From Hemiscyllium ocellatum (Eukaryota), in NCBI RefSeq assembly GCF_020745735.1, contig NC_083410.1, positions 95,938,080 to 96,002,079 on the forward strand: a stretch of 64,000 bases of DNA, written 5' to 3'. The notes beneath the pieces are model-generated. The model did not search any database and had not been told where the DNA came from. It saw only the letters and a list, made by a program, of their open reading frames with translations. Positions 11,602 through 24,130 of this stretch are shown in pieces. A program made the position numbers and the translations under genes. Positions within the stretch are counted from its first letter, which is position 1, and each line of letters starts with the position of its first letter.

Positions 11602-13509
11602 AGAGGCATTGAAATATTGCAATCAGCACTTCTCTGATGGTGATGGAGGGAGCAGTGATAAGTTGGGACAGTGGGAGTCTGTTCGGGATAGGGGAGTGAA
11701 CTGGAAGGTGGAGAGAGGTGTGGGGAGGTAGTAGAGGTGGATTGTGTCAGGGGTGGAATACGGTTGGTGTCCATTTTGGCATGTGTGAAGTGAAACTATT
11801 GAAACATTCTTGAGGACCTTGTAGGGCTGTAAGTTTATCTGAGGTTGTGAAGAGAGCGTGATTACATATATCCAATGGGAGATTATAGAGTATCTGAAAG
11901 CAAATCTAAGGTTGGGGAGGGGTGTTGCAGTATCTGGGCAGGGGTTCTTGGAGAGGTGCACACCTATTCTCAGGAGTGAAACTTGATTTTTATCCAATGG
12001 ATGCCGCCGTAAGAGACTTGTCTACTTAAAGGAGAATTGGAACAATATATGAGGGAGTGGTCCTACTAGAAAGGGTGAGGATATTTGCAGACCTTCCTGT
12101 TCAGCCTTGAATATGGGGCAATTAACATGAACTGCCTCTGGTGTAAATAAACATGTAGCTGGAGTCAGTGATACTTCCACCTTAACCCTCTCGCAGTGCT
12201 GTTGACTGTAGGTTAAGGATGTTACCTGTTTTGAGCCCTCTGTTTCTTGATTATGAATGCTTCCTGTTGTGTACCTAAGGCTTTAATGAACTCACAGGCT
12301 TCACAAATGAAGAGAAATTACAGGTGGGGCATTGCAACATCACCAATGTACAGTGAGAAATAAGGATTCCAGTCCATGGTGGAATCATTATTGTAGGATG
12401 AAAAAATAACGGGACATATTGGTCTTTGGGATAGCTAGCCTTTGAGATATTGCCTTATGTTTTGTTTGAAGGTACAAGATCGATTTGGCCATGGGACCCA
12501 ATTACCTTCACATCTTCCAGAATCTCTTGAAACCTCCTACTGATCTGTCTCAGCCCCTTCAGAGATTCTTCATCTAGCTGAAAATTAACCCAAGGAACAT
12601 TCTTATCATTGACCATTTTGTATTTGCCAGTATTGCTTCTCCTCCCCAAATCTCTGAATTCACAAATGCAGGTGGTCTCAACATTTTACATTTTGTCATA
12701 ATGCACTGGTCGGATGTGGAACAATACTGGAAATCTCTGATTTGAGGATTATTTACCTGCTGGAGAACCTTCTATGGTTCAGATATCATACTTTAAAGAT
12801 GTTGTTGTTGGTCCATTATGTAATTTGGAGGACACTAACTCTTGAACTTCCTTCCTGGAAGATAGCTGCTCTATGAAATGCAGACATACGTATGAACATG
12901 CAAATTATAAGCTGGATTCAGTCCCTCAAGTGTGCAATAAAATTAATAACTATTTCCTCCTTGTGATGTTCTGGCAGTCAATAGTTTTCTAATGAGAAGA
13001 ATTAGGCTCTTTTGTACAGTTTCCTCAATGCTAACACCAGGCAATCTCTTATATTTGATTGTGACTTGAATCTGTAGTCATTGGTTTGGCTCCCATAGAT
13101 TCAAATGAACCCTCACTTCCTCAATCTGTTGACCTGAGTGGATTACTTCAGTTGCCCATTTTGACTGGTGAAGTACACTTTCTCTGACTGTCCAAACCCC
13201 ACATCTGCTCACTCCACACCACCTCTACCTCTGGCATTGACTGTTCTGTTTTAGAAGACAGAGGTTTGAACATTTGCATCAGTCCCGTGAAGTTCTTGTC
13301 TTCCTCGACTTTGACAATATTTGTCAGAGAAATTAGTCCAATACATTAGAGATCACAAAGCACAGTTCAAAGTGAAATTGACAAATGGTTTACTAGTAGG
13401 GTGATATCGCAGAAGAGAAATTGACTGAGCTGAAAGAGCACAATAGTCTGTCCAGGTAGCTGAGAATTCTCTTCCCAGAGCTGAGGAAGAAGCCAGCTTT
13501 TATAATAAT

Positions 13510-13728
13510 CCGTTCGTACCCGGTGCCAGGTTGACCTCCAGAGGGGGGAGGCACGGGTGCCAGTCGGCCGGTGGACAGTCTTTTGGGATCGTGATTCCTG
13601 ATGAAGGGCTTTTGCCCAAAACGTCGATTTTCCTGCTCCTCGTATACTGCCTGACCTGCTGTGCTTTTCCGGCACCACTCTCATCTAGACTCTGGTTTCC
13701 AGCATCTGCAGTCCTTGTTTTTACCACC
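13510..13728 (+). mobile_element. PLE family A repeat with a co-inserted ~83-nt CpG-rich segment
   Basis: Approximate TSD ttta(t/g)aataat at 13499-13509 and 13729-13739. Confidence 0.7.
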
Positions 13729-14678
13729 TTTAGAATAATGCTGTAAAATAGGGCTGATTAGAATTGGGGGGAAAATACAATGTATCTGGAAATGGAGACA
13801 TCTAATTACAATGATGCTAATCGGAAAACAGTCATTGGATGAATGTCCTGATGCTCGATACAATGCAACATCCTGACAGTATCAGTGGGTCCGGAATTCC
13901 ATTCCTCTTCACAGGTAGGTGCTAATGTCTCCTCTGAAACAGTAAGGTGCTCCCATTGTCTTGTCCTTGGAGCAATGCTCTTGGTGATCCTCTCTGTCTG
14001 ACCTGTTCTTTGTGTGGCTTTGGTGTTGTTGGGTTATGAGACTGCCCTCGGGGCTTTGGGACAGCCATGTTGATCTGGTAATGTTCCTGGGTGCTGCAAA
14101 GTGTATTCCCTTGTCTGCGAGTGCTGTCTGGTTTCGCTTGCCAGCTCGCTTGGTCCCTGCTGAGGCATTCTGGGTGTTTTTGGTACAGTTTGGCCAAGTT
14201 TGCTTTCCTATGTTCTGTGTGGGCCTATTATGGGTTGTCAGGGTGGCAGGTCTTTTCCCACAACGTTAGACAACTTTTCCATGCCAACATCTTTCTCCTT
14301 GGGTTCTGCTGTCAGAAGTCTCTGAAGCTTGTGTTTTACTGGTTGCTTGTCAACTGCTTAGTTGATAATGGTTTATTGATGGACCACTGTTTTGACAGCT
14401 GTTTCCTTCTGGACTAGCTAATCTCTGGGAGGTTTTGGACCTCCTCCACAACTTCTCTTGAGGTTCAGGCATGTATGCGGTCTCAAATATGAAGTTGATT
14501 GAATGCGAATAATGTACATATTTTTAACCATTTTCTGTGTTGTGTTAGAGTGTAATGCATAGCATTTCTATCTTTATGGTACCTATTTCATCTGCACTAT
14601 GTAGTCTTACCTCTGTAGGCCATGCCTTCTGCATTTTCAGTCATGGTACATTGACTGATAGAACTGTAAGGTTTTTAC

Positions 14679-14932
14679 TTAGATTAGATTACTTACAGTG
14701 TGGAAACAGGCCCTTCGGCCCAACAAGTCCACACCGACCCGCCGAAGCGCGTCCCACCCATACTCCTACATTTACCCCTTACCTAACACTGGGGGCAATT
14801 TAGCATGGCCAATTCACCTGACCCGCACATCTTTGTGACTGTGGGAGGATACCGGAGCAGCCGGAGGAAACCCACGCAGCCACGGGGAGAACTTGCAAAC
14901 TCCACACAGTCAGTCGCCTGAGTCGGGAATTG
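14679..14932 (-). mobile_element. HE1/V-type SINE, young, 5'-truncated at the B box
   Basis: Very similar to 62223-62541; tctaa tail. Confidence 0.92.
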
Positions 14933-16034
14933 CTTGTTCGTGTAACAAGCACAAATTTAACAGGATGTCCATTATCCAAACAATTTCTGCATGTTCTGGC
15001 TCATCCAGATTAATCAGCTCCCCTGAGAGTACCTCAGACATCTTCTTCAATGGAGGTACCTCATCAAAGCAGGATTGCTTTTCTCTATCGGAACTGTGTG
15101 TTTTACTGTGCACAACTCTTTACACGCGAGACCAGCAGCACTGCTCTGAAATTGCATCTGATGTCTGCATAGGTGACCTACAGTTTTACAAATATACAAT
15201 GGACATAGCCCGTACAAGTGAGCACTTGTAATCCTGCAGTGTTGACACTGGTTTGTAGCAGCAGGTATTTTGATTGTTCCTTGTATCACCTTGCATTGTC
15301 CCTCTCTAGGATGCCCATACCTTTTAAATATAATGGGATTTCATCAAGAATTTTAGCAGCAATTCTGGCTCTTATTATTTCTGATTTCATAGCTCCACAT
15401 TCATAGCTTTCCACCGATCTGTGGGGCTCGTTAGTAAAATCGTCTAAAGGTTTCAGTGGAAGCTAAACTACTCTGTTGCATCTTTGAGGATACATCCGAA
15501 ACCCAGAGTAAAACTCCTTGCCTCCATTCACAAACTGTGTCTGACAGCAGAAACTATGAACATTAACTCCTTCACAACAAGAACTTAATGTGTTAAGCAT
15601 ATTCCCCGTCAGGTATACCTTGACTGTCCATCTTTCCTTTCTCATTTGAGTTTGACTCTATGTTCTCTTGTCTGCGATCTCATGTCGATACTGAACAAAT
15701 GGGATCCAGCATATCAATTTTCTTGATGTTCTTTATTTCCTCACAGGATGACAGTACATCAGGCATATAGTAGAGAAAAGGCCATTCGATCCAAACAATC
15801 CATGTTGGGGTTCATCCTCTAATGAGCCTCCTCCATTAAATACTTGTCTAGCTTCCCTTACAAGTATCAATATGACTAACTTTAACACTCTTTGTGACAG
15901 GGAACCTCACCATTCTTTGTGTAATTTGCTATTGCAATTCTTGCAACTATCTTAAATTGATGGCTCTTCCACTCAACAGGATATACTCAACGTTTATTTG
16001 CTCCATTGTAATCTTTCACAATTTGAAAGATGTC

Positions 16035-16940
16035 AGCAGGTAAATGGGCTGATCAGTGGCAAATGAAATTCAATCTGAATAAATGTGAGGTGATGCACTT
16101 GGGCAGGACAAACAATGCAAGGGAATATGTGATGGACAGCAGGACCCTGGGAAGCACAGAGGAGCAGAGTGACTTTGGTGTGCCTTAAGGTATCCAGGCA
16201 GATGGATAAAATGATTAAGGCGACATATGGGTTACTTGCATTTACTAGTTGAGGCACAGAGTTAAAGAATAGGTGGGTTATGCAGGTCATTAACTCTGAT
16301 TTCTCTCCACAGATACTGTCAGACCTGCTGAGCTTTTCCAGCAATTTCTGTTCTGTTTCTGATTGACAGTTTCCGCAGTTCTTTCGGGGGTTATGCTGGA
16401 ACCATATAAGGTATTGATTAGGCCTCAGCTAGATTATTGTGAGCAGTTCTGTGATCCACATTATAGGAAGAATGTGCTAACACTGGAGAGGGTGCAAAGG
16501 AGATTTACCAGGACGTTGCCTGGGCTGGAGAGTTACGAACAGAGATATTCAGACTGGGGTCGTTAAGCTTCGAGCAGAGGAAATTGAGAAGGGACATGGT
16601 TGAGATGTACAAGGTTGTGAGGAATGTGGTCAGGGTAGGCAGGTAGAAACGTTTCCCGTAGACAGAGGGATCAAACAACAGAGTACATTGATTTAGGAAC
16701 AGGACAGAAAGTGCAGTGAAGATATGAGGAAAAATCTTTTCACCAAGATGTTGCTGGGAATTTGGAACTCACTGCCTGAAAGGGTGATAAAAGCAGAACA
16801 TCTCGGAAGAATTAAGAAGTATTTAGATTTGCACCTGTGATGATAAAACATACAAGGCTATTCCAATGAGATTGGAATGGTAAGGATTGGACCCGATGGG
16901 CCAAAGGGTGGTTTCTCTGTGCTGCAGATCTCTATGACAT
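16035..16940 (+). mobile_element. CR1 LINE 3' fragment with a PLE repeat inserted at ~16290-16385
   Basis: YKVLIRPQLDYCEQF...LERVQRRFTR. Confidence 0.9.
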
Positions 16941-17339
16941 TTATTAGCTCTTCCTTCAGCCTGCCCTTTCAAGAAAAAAGGGACCTGTTAACCCATTCCT
17001 GATATGTTCACCCAACACATAATAAATCATCCCTACGTCCTTTTTGTAAATGACAGCCAGAACTGCACATGTTATCCAGGCTGTGCCCTATCCTAAGATT
17101 TGATGCAGATTAAATATAAAGTCACTACCCTTCAATGGACTCCATCTCAAAATAAATGTTGGTGGGTGGTTTAGTTTCTTATGACCTTGCTTTCAACATT
17201 TAGAGATTGGTGCATTTCTACCTGAAACCCCTTTGTTGCGTGGCCCTACGTAGACTTATACCTTACATGTAATAAGTGCCCTCCCTTTCCTTCTTACAAA
17301 ATGCACTTCCTTACACTTGTCTGCATTCAACTGGAAGTT

Positions 17340-18060
17340 GCTCATTTTGGAAGGGAGTAAAAATTGAGAAGAACTGCAGAAAGCTGAAACACAAAGGGAC
17401 TTGGGGGTACTTGTGTCTGAAACACAGAAGGAAAGCACCCTGGTACAGAAGAGAATCCAGAAGGTTAATGGAACGTTGGCCCTTATTTCAAAGAGGTTGA
17501 GGTTTAAGAGTTGGGAAGTCTCACTTCAACTGCGCAAGGTGCTGTTGGGACCACATCTGGAGTGGTTTTGGTCTGCTTATTCACGGAGGGATATTGTTTT
17601 ATTGGAGGCAGTTCAGAGAAGATTCACTAGGATGATCCCCAGTGTGGAGGGATGAGTAAAGGCCAAACAAGTTGGGACTCTACTCACTAGAATATAACAG
17701 AATGACAAGCGAACTCACTGAAACATACAGGATTCTTAAAGGCCTTGAAAGGGAATGCTGAGAAGACATTTCCTGTCATGGGGAAGTCTAGGTCCAAGGA
17801 AACAGTCTCAGAATAAAGGGGTGTTAATTTAAGATTGAGATGCAGAGAAATTTCTTCTCTAGAGAGTAGTGAGCATATGGAACTCCTTGCAACAAAGAGC
17901 TGTATATATTTAAGGCTGAGCTGGATAGATTCTTGGTCGGTTAGGAAATCAGGGGTTATGGGGAAAACGCAGGAAAGTAGATGTGAGGACTATCAGGTCA
18001 ACTCGGATCTCATTGAATGGCTTGAGGTCCAAATAGCCTACTCCTATTTCTTATGACCTT
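17340..18060 (+). mobile_element. CR1 LINE 3' fragment
   Basis: QRDLGVLVS...LEAVQRRFTRMIP. Confidence 0.9.
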
Positions 18061-18802
18061 AGAGTCTGATTACTTCCGTTGCCAATTGTCTGTCCGTTCT
18101 CTCACAAGTTCTCTCAGAATTCATCATTGTCCTTTTCAGTATTGAGTATCTCCAACAATTTGGTGCAATCTTCAAATTTAGAAATTGTGCTATTGATTCC
18201 AAAGACTAAATCATTAATAGAACCCATGAACTGAAGTGATCCCAGCACTGATCTTGTAGAACACCACTTACCATTTTCTACCAATTAACAACTACCTTTT
18301 ATTTCTACTTTCTGCTCTCTGGTCTGAAGCCAGCTAGCAGTCCATTCTGCTGTCTGTCCTCTTACACAGCATTCTCTGATCCTTATTTCTTATTCTATTT
18401 TCGTGCATCTTATCAAAGAACTTCTGAAAAATTACTTCTACAGCATTACCATTATTGACACTCTTTGTCACCTTCCCAAAAGTTTTGATCAGATTGTCCA
18501 AGCAAGATTTTTCATTTTGAAATTTGTGCTGACTACTTTGTTATTATTTTTCTTGTTTCTATGTTCCTCTAATCTCTCCTTCGGTCTTGATTTCATTATT
18601 TCCCTGTCACTGACCAGTTTATATTCTGTTCTCCTTATCAAATATAGGAATTCCAGTCTTCTGCAACTGTAACAAATGATTGCATATCGGTCGTCATGGT
18701 TCTGGTATTTCTTCTATATGTTTGTTGCAAATATAAGGGCTTTATCTTTGAAGTTTAGTTTTGTCAATATATCCTTTTTAAGGAACTTAATTGCACTGTC
18801 TA

Positions 18803-19240
18803 GTCATAGAGTCATAAAGCATGGAATCAGACCCTTTCGTCCAACTTGTCCATGCTGACTAAGGTTCCCAAACTAATCCCATTTGTCTGCACTTGGCCCA
18901 CATACCTCCAAACATTCCTATTCATGTACCTGTCCAAATTTCTTTGAAATGTCACTGTACCTACATCTACCACTTCCTCTGGTAGTTCGTTCCACATAGG
19001 CACCATCCTCTGTGTGAAAAGGTTGCCCCTCAGTACTCTTTGTCCTCTCAACTTGAAATTATACACTCTAGTTTTGAACTCCCCAACCCTAGGGAAAAGA
19101 CCTTTGCTGTTCACCTTATCTATGCCCCTCATGATTTTATAAAGTTCTATAAGGTCTTCCCTCGGCCCCGGCACTCCCAGGGACAGCTTACCCTACTTCT
19201 TCTCATAATTGAAGCACTTCAGCCCCGGTAATATCTTTCA
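18803..19240 (-). mobile_element. CR1 LINE 3' fragment
   Basis: DLIELYKIMRGIDKV...WNELPEEVV. Confidence 0.9.
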
Positions 19241-19291
19241 CTGTCATGTCTACCAGTTCTACTTCCCTGAATATTGAACTAACTAATTGTA

Positions 19292-19392
19292 TTCTGAAGA
19301 AGAGTCACTGGACCCAAAACGTTAACAGCTTTCTCTCTACAGATGCTGCCAGACCTGCAGAATTTTCCCAACAATTTCTGTTTTTGTTTCTA
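19292..19392 (+). mobile_element. PLE family A-related repeat (older subfamily) with decayed hammerhead
   Basis: CTGAAGA-agagtcactggaccc-aAAACGTTA; relatives at ~41860-42085, 42415-42520, 44335-44440, 52810-52920 and 53570-53720. Confidence 0.65.
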
Positions 19393-20451
19393 AATAATTA
19401 TTTCGCAATTCTGCCATCTTTTTAATGCTACCTGTGCCATTATCATCTCCATCCCTTAACGGGTCTAGTTTATCACAGCCGCCTGTTTATTTATTTTACC
19501 GACAAAATACTTTATTATTTCTTGATAATTTACTTCAATAGTTCCTCTTTGCCTTCCTTATTCTTTTTGTCTAATTTCTCTCTGAACCTCTTCAAATTAT
19601 CTTTGGTCATGCACTGCTTTAATGTCTAATTATTAAATGTCTCTCTTCTAACTTGCGATTGTTCCCTGCCGTCTTTATTCATCTGTTGAGTCTCACTAGT
19701 ATCATGACAATGGATCGTATCCCTGAATCACTTACGGATGCATTGAATTTTTGAGTATAATGTGTTTTAAAAAAATAGAAGCCAAAAGATGGCTGAGAAT
19801 GTAAATTCTGTGGCTGTCTTGTAAACCCTGTGTGGATCATACTGAGTCCTGAGAGAGTACTCGGAATGTCACACTCAAGGTGTGTCAAGGGAATGTCAGT
19901 CAGCAAGACTGTAAAGGGAGAGATGCCATTCAACAAAACTGTATTATGATCTCCTGTGGCTACAGAGATAAGGAAAGGCTGATTAACTCCATTCAACAGA
20001 GTTGGGGGCTGTGTTCTAGATTGCAGACAAAGTATGAGTTGAAAAAGAGGACATTTCTGGGTTTGTCTTCTATCCTTCTGTTTTCTTGAATGCTGATGTG
20101 TTGCGTGTTAGCTTGGGGTTTGAGCACCCATTGTGCTAAAGAGTGTTGAGAAAGGACACAGTTGAGAACTTCCAAGAGGCTCCCCTGTGTCTACCGGTCA
20201 CAAGAAATAATGTCTTTGTCTAATTACTGAAACAAGGTGAGTTGGCAAAGTCATTGTTGAAGGAAACTGGACAAAATCTTTTCAGCTACCTGCAGAACGA
20301 AGATTGCCAATCAAATACTCAACTGTCAAAGTCACCAGGATCACCCATCTTAACAGCAGGCGATATTTCACAATGTTCAAAGTTTGGGAGAAGATTTGTA
20401 GCTCGGGTGCTCGTTGTTGTGGTTCTGTTCACCGAGCTGGGAGTTTTTGTT

Positions 20452-20491
20452 GCAAACGTTTCGTCCCCTTTCTAGGTGACATCCTCAGTGC
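20452..20491 (-). ncRNA. Minimal hammerhead ribozyme motif (PLE family C), intact core
   Basis: gca-CTGAGGA-t-gtcacct-agaa-aggggac-GAAA-CGTT-tgc. Confidence 0.72.
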
Positions 20492-21569
20492 TTGGGAGCC
20501 TCCTGTAAAGCGTTTCTGTGATGTTTCCTCCGGCATTTATAGTGGCTTGTCTCTGCCGCTTCCGGTTGTCAGTTGCTGTCCGCCGCAGTGGCCGGTATAT
20601 TGGGTCCAGGTCGACGTGTTTGTTCATAGAATCAGTGGATGAGTGCCATGTCTCTAGGAAGTCCCTGGCTGTTCTCTGTTTGGCTTGCGCTATAATAGTA
20701 GTGTTGTCCCAGTCGAATTCATGTTGCTTGTCATCTGTGTGTGTGGCTACTAAGGATAGCTGGTCGTGTCGTTTTGTGGCTAGTTGGTGTTCGTGGATGC
20801 GGGTTGTTAGCTGTCTTCCTGCTTGTCCTATATAGTGTTTTGTGCAGTCCTTGCATGGGATTTTGTACACTACATTGGTTTTGCTCATGCTGGGTATCGG
20901 GTCCTTCGTCCTGGTGAGTTGTTGTCTGAGAGTGGCTGTTGGTTTGTGTGCTGTTATGAGTCCTAGTGGTCGCAGCAGTCTGGCTGTCAGTTCGGAAATG
21001 CTCCTGATGTATGGTAGTGTGGCTAGTCCTTTGGGTTGCGGCATGTCCTCGTTCCATTGTCTTTCCCTTAGGCATCTGTTGATGAAATTGCGTGGGAATC
21101 CGTTTTTGGTGAATACCTTGTATAGGTGTTCTTCTTCCTCTTTTTGTAGTTCTGGTGTACTGCAGTGTGTTGTGGCCCTTTTGAATAGTGTCCTGATGCA
21201 ACTTCCTTTGTGTGTGTTGGGATGGTTGCTTTCATAGTTCAGGACTTGGTCTGTGTGTATGTCTTTTCTGTATACCTTCGTGCTGAATTCTCCGTTCGGT
21301 GTTCTCTGTACCATCACGTCTAGGAATGGGAGCTGGTTGTCCTTTTCTTCCTCTCAAGTGAATCGGATTCCTGTGAGTGTGGCATTGATGATCCGGTGTG
21401 TGTTCTCTATTTCTGTGTTTTTAATGAGTACAAAGGTGTCATCCACATATCTGACCCAGAGTTTGGGTTGTATTTGCAGTAAGACGTTTTGTTCTAACCT
21501 TTGCATTACTGCTTCTGCTATGAGTCCAGAGATCGGTGAGCCCATGGGTGTTCCGTTGATTTGTTCGTA
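20472..21569 (-). pseudogene. PLE reverse transcriptase C-terminal half plus GIY-YIG endonuclease, with one in-frame stop at 21354-21356
   Basis: GTPMGSPISG, WVRYVDDTF, TKVYRK, LPY and NVVYKIPCKDCTKHYIGQ..R..EH; both ORF-track pieces are in the same frame. Confidence 0.93.
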
Positions 21570-21577
21570 TACCCAGC

Positions 21578-21970
21578 ATGAGCAAAACCAATGTAGTGTA
21601 CAAAATCCCATGCAAGGACGGCACAAAACACTACATAGGACAAACAGGAAGACAGCTAACAATCCGCATCCACGAACACCAACTAGCCACGAAACGACAC
21701 GACCAGCTATCCTTAGTAGCCACACACACAGATGACAAACAACATGAATTCGACTGGGACAGCACTACTATTCTAGCGCAAGCCAAACAGAGAACAGCGA
21801 GGGAATTCCTAGAGGCATGGCACTCATCCACTGATTCTATGAACAAACACATCGACCTGGATCCAATATACCGGCCACTGCAGCGGACAGCAATTGACAA
21901 CCGGAAGCGGCAGAGACAAGCCGAAGGAAAACATGACAGAAGCGCTTCACAGGAGGCTCCCAAGCACTGA
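21578..21970 (+). pseudogene. Second copy of the PLE GIY-YIG domain (inverted arm)
   Basis: MSKTNVVYKIPCKDGTKHYIGQTGRQLTIRIHEH. Confidence 0.9.
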
Positions 21971-22003
21971 GGATGTCACCTAGACAGGGGACGAAACGTT
22001 TGC
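21964..22003 (+). ncRNA. Minimal hammerhead ribozyme motif (PLE family C), intact core
   Basis: gca-CTGAGGA(21967)-t-gtcacct-agac-aggggac-GAAA(21993)-CGTT-tgc; stem I gca/tgc. Confidence 0.72.
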
Positions 22004-23729
22004 AACAAAAACTCCCAGCTTGGCCAACAGAACCACAACAACATTTCACAATGTTTTCATCATGACAACCCGAAAACTGATTCACCTTTTGTTTTACACA
22101 TTGGTCTCACTTCTCATTTCTAATTTGTGTGTGTGTTGTGTTTTTCTTTCAGTAGCTAATAAAGTCACTGCTTAACTCAAGAAAGCTGGTTAAATTGGCT
22201 CCTTTTAAAACGCAAATTTCGGGTTGGAGGGACCCTGTTTTAATTAACCTTGTTGCGATGAACTGAGGGAGAGGATAAATAGAATAGTGGAGCCATTTCA
22301 TCCCTCTTCATCTATGAATATACCCATTCAAGGACCATCACCTGGGGATCAGTTGTAACACCAACTTAATTTGTTCTTCCTGCACCCTAAATGTCTGAAA
22401 TGTTTGCCATTTTTTGTATTACATTACATTGCTTATGCTAATAAAATTCCTCATTTTATTTTCACAAGTTCCATTCTCAGCCCCTCAAATCAGCTTTTCT
22501 CCAATCTGTTAGCCTTTTCTTCATATTAATATCTTATACTATCCTCATCTTTAAATGTATTTGTAAATTGCCCCTCTTACCCAGAAGTTCCCTTACCTTT
22601 ACCTCTTTTATCAGTTCTGGTTCATTCCGTGTTACTCGATTCAGTAATGAATCTTCCCCTTGTTGGGCTTCTCGCACATTGAAAAGAGGTCCTGCACATA
22701 TTGTAGCAACTCTATTTCCTTATCCCCCTTCCCTGCCCCTTCTCCTAATATTGACCTTTAGAGTCTTAATCCAAGCTCAAGCCAGACCTCCAGATTACTG
22801 TTTAGTAAATTTTCACCCAGAGGATGATAGAAGTAAGGAACACACTGCCTGAGAAGCAGGTTCTCTCGCAATGTTTTTGAAGCAACGGGATGAGCATTTA
22901 ACATTCCAAGGCGTGGTAGACTATGGATCAAGTGCAGACAATGCTTTGGTGTTTGTTGGTTGGACAAGGCAGGCTGAAGAGCCTGTTTCTGTGCTGTATG
23001 ATTCTATGACTGTATGCCTAGCATTTATGTGACTGCAAGGCAACATGGTCTGTGCTGTGCAGGTTCCAACCTTCCAGTAGATTCTGAGCACACGGTTACT
23101 GAGGTCACAGTTAAATCACAGCATACCTCAGAGGCTTATCTATATAATTATTAAACCTCCACCTCTGCATTTTTGTATTCAATTAACATCCCCCATGATT
23201 ATTATGCCATTCCTTAATTTATGTCCTTCGCTCTTCCTCCAGCTCTCTTCCATTTTTAGCTCCTATTGGTATGATTGATTCTTTATTGTCTCTTACTCCT
23301 ATTCATATGACTCTATTTTGTTGTACTGTCAACAACAGCATTTTGTTTTCTACTGTTATTATGTCATCCCTAATATCGATAGTTCCTACACCAGGGTGGT
23401 CTCTCCCTGTGCCACAGCGAAAGCTGAGGACACCAGCCACCCAATATGTTTGTGGCCCTGTCCACAGATGGGTCATAGTGATGGTCACCTTTTTCATGTT
23501 AAACAGGATAGACTCTAGAGTGGCAAGAGTGAAACTTGAGGTAGAAGAGTTTAGTTGTTGTCCTGCTACCTCTGGAGTGGCAAAGCTTACCGATTGCATG
23601 GATTTCTCAGTGAGTTACAGATTTCCTGAGTTGGTTTTCCATTGGAGCTGGTTTCTGACATTGAAAGAGAGTAGAGATTCCAGTTTCCTTCCTGTGATCC
23701 GCCCCGGTGCTAAGTCCTGACTCTGTTCA

Positions 23730-23995
23730 GAGTCATAGAGATGTACAGCATGGAAACAGACCCTTTGGTCCAACCCGTCCATGCCAACCCAATCTGGTCC
23801 CACCTGCCAGCACCCAGCCTATATCCCTCCAAACCATTCCTATTCATATACCCATCCAGATGCCTTTTAAAAGTTGCAATTGTACCAGCCTCCACCACAT
23901 CCTCTGGCAGCTCATTCCATACACGTACCACCCTCTGTGTGGAAAATGTTGCCCTGTAGGTCTCTTTTATATCTTTCCCCTCTCACCCTTAACCA
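23730..23995 (-). mobile_element. CR1 LINE 3' end
   Basis: VRVWNELPEDVVEAGTIATFKRHLD. Confidence 0.92.
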
Positions 23996-24002
23996 CATCA
24001 TT

Positions 24003-24130
24003 TCAGATGAAGGGCTTGTGCCCTATATGTCAACGTTCCTACTCCATGGATGCTGCCTGACTTGCTGTGCTTTTCCAGCACCGCACTTTTTGACTCTGAT
24101 CTCCAGCATTTGCAGTGCTCACTTTCTCCA
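24003..24130 (+). mobile_element. PLE family A repeat; further copies at 24460-24527(-), 25890-25965(+), 26510-26690, 27150-27258(+), 52930-53025(-) and 59222-59315(-)
   Basis: Shared gatgctgcctgacctgctgtgcttttccagcaccacactc core. Confidence 0.85.

Larger units (their letters stand above)
12000..15760 (-). mobile_element. Decayed Gypsy-type LTR retrotransposon internal sequence
   Basis: Gag-like NRVV*LPLKPLDDFTNEPHRSVESYECGAMKSEIIRARI at ~15480-15350; QKAWP (GWP-like) near 14630; integrase-like ELVS..NGP near 12840-12810. Confidence 0.5.
20378..22042. mobile_element. Penelope-like retroelement (family C, Poseidon-like), 5'-truncated, inverted configuration
   Basis: - arm 20378-21570 and + arm 21569-22042; perfect 13-bp TSD atttcacaatgtt at 20365-20377 and 22043-22055. 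Confidence 0.95.
19700..22360 (+). mobile_element. Probable solo LTR (~1 kb) split by the PLE insertion
   Basis: AATAAA near 22158 and a tgtaaca 3' end; the host halves rejoin across the PLE TSD. Confidence 0.35.
16950..23340 (-). mobile_element. Old CR1-like LINE ORF2 (endonuclease to RT), broken up by nested insertions
   Basis: On the - strand: GIIIMGDVN (APE, ~23208-23182), GVLQ/SVLG (~18266-18240), SKFEDCTKL (~18182-18156) and QLNADKC.EVHF (~17335-17300), in the correct order. Confidence 0.7.

Noticed and set aside
15047-15289. PAATNQC resembling the ER second zinc finger (CPATNQC)
   Set aside because: Wrong strand, no other zinc-finger residues, and it lies in a Gypsy relic.
12000-15760. 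Non-retroviral endogenous viral element
   Set aside because: The residual motifs fit Gypsy gag/pol better.
17256-17438. Apparent twin-priming 5' inversion of a CR1
   Set aside because: The minus piece belongs to the older CR1 that resumes after 18060, so this is nesting.
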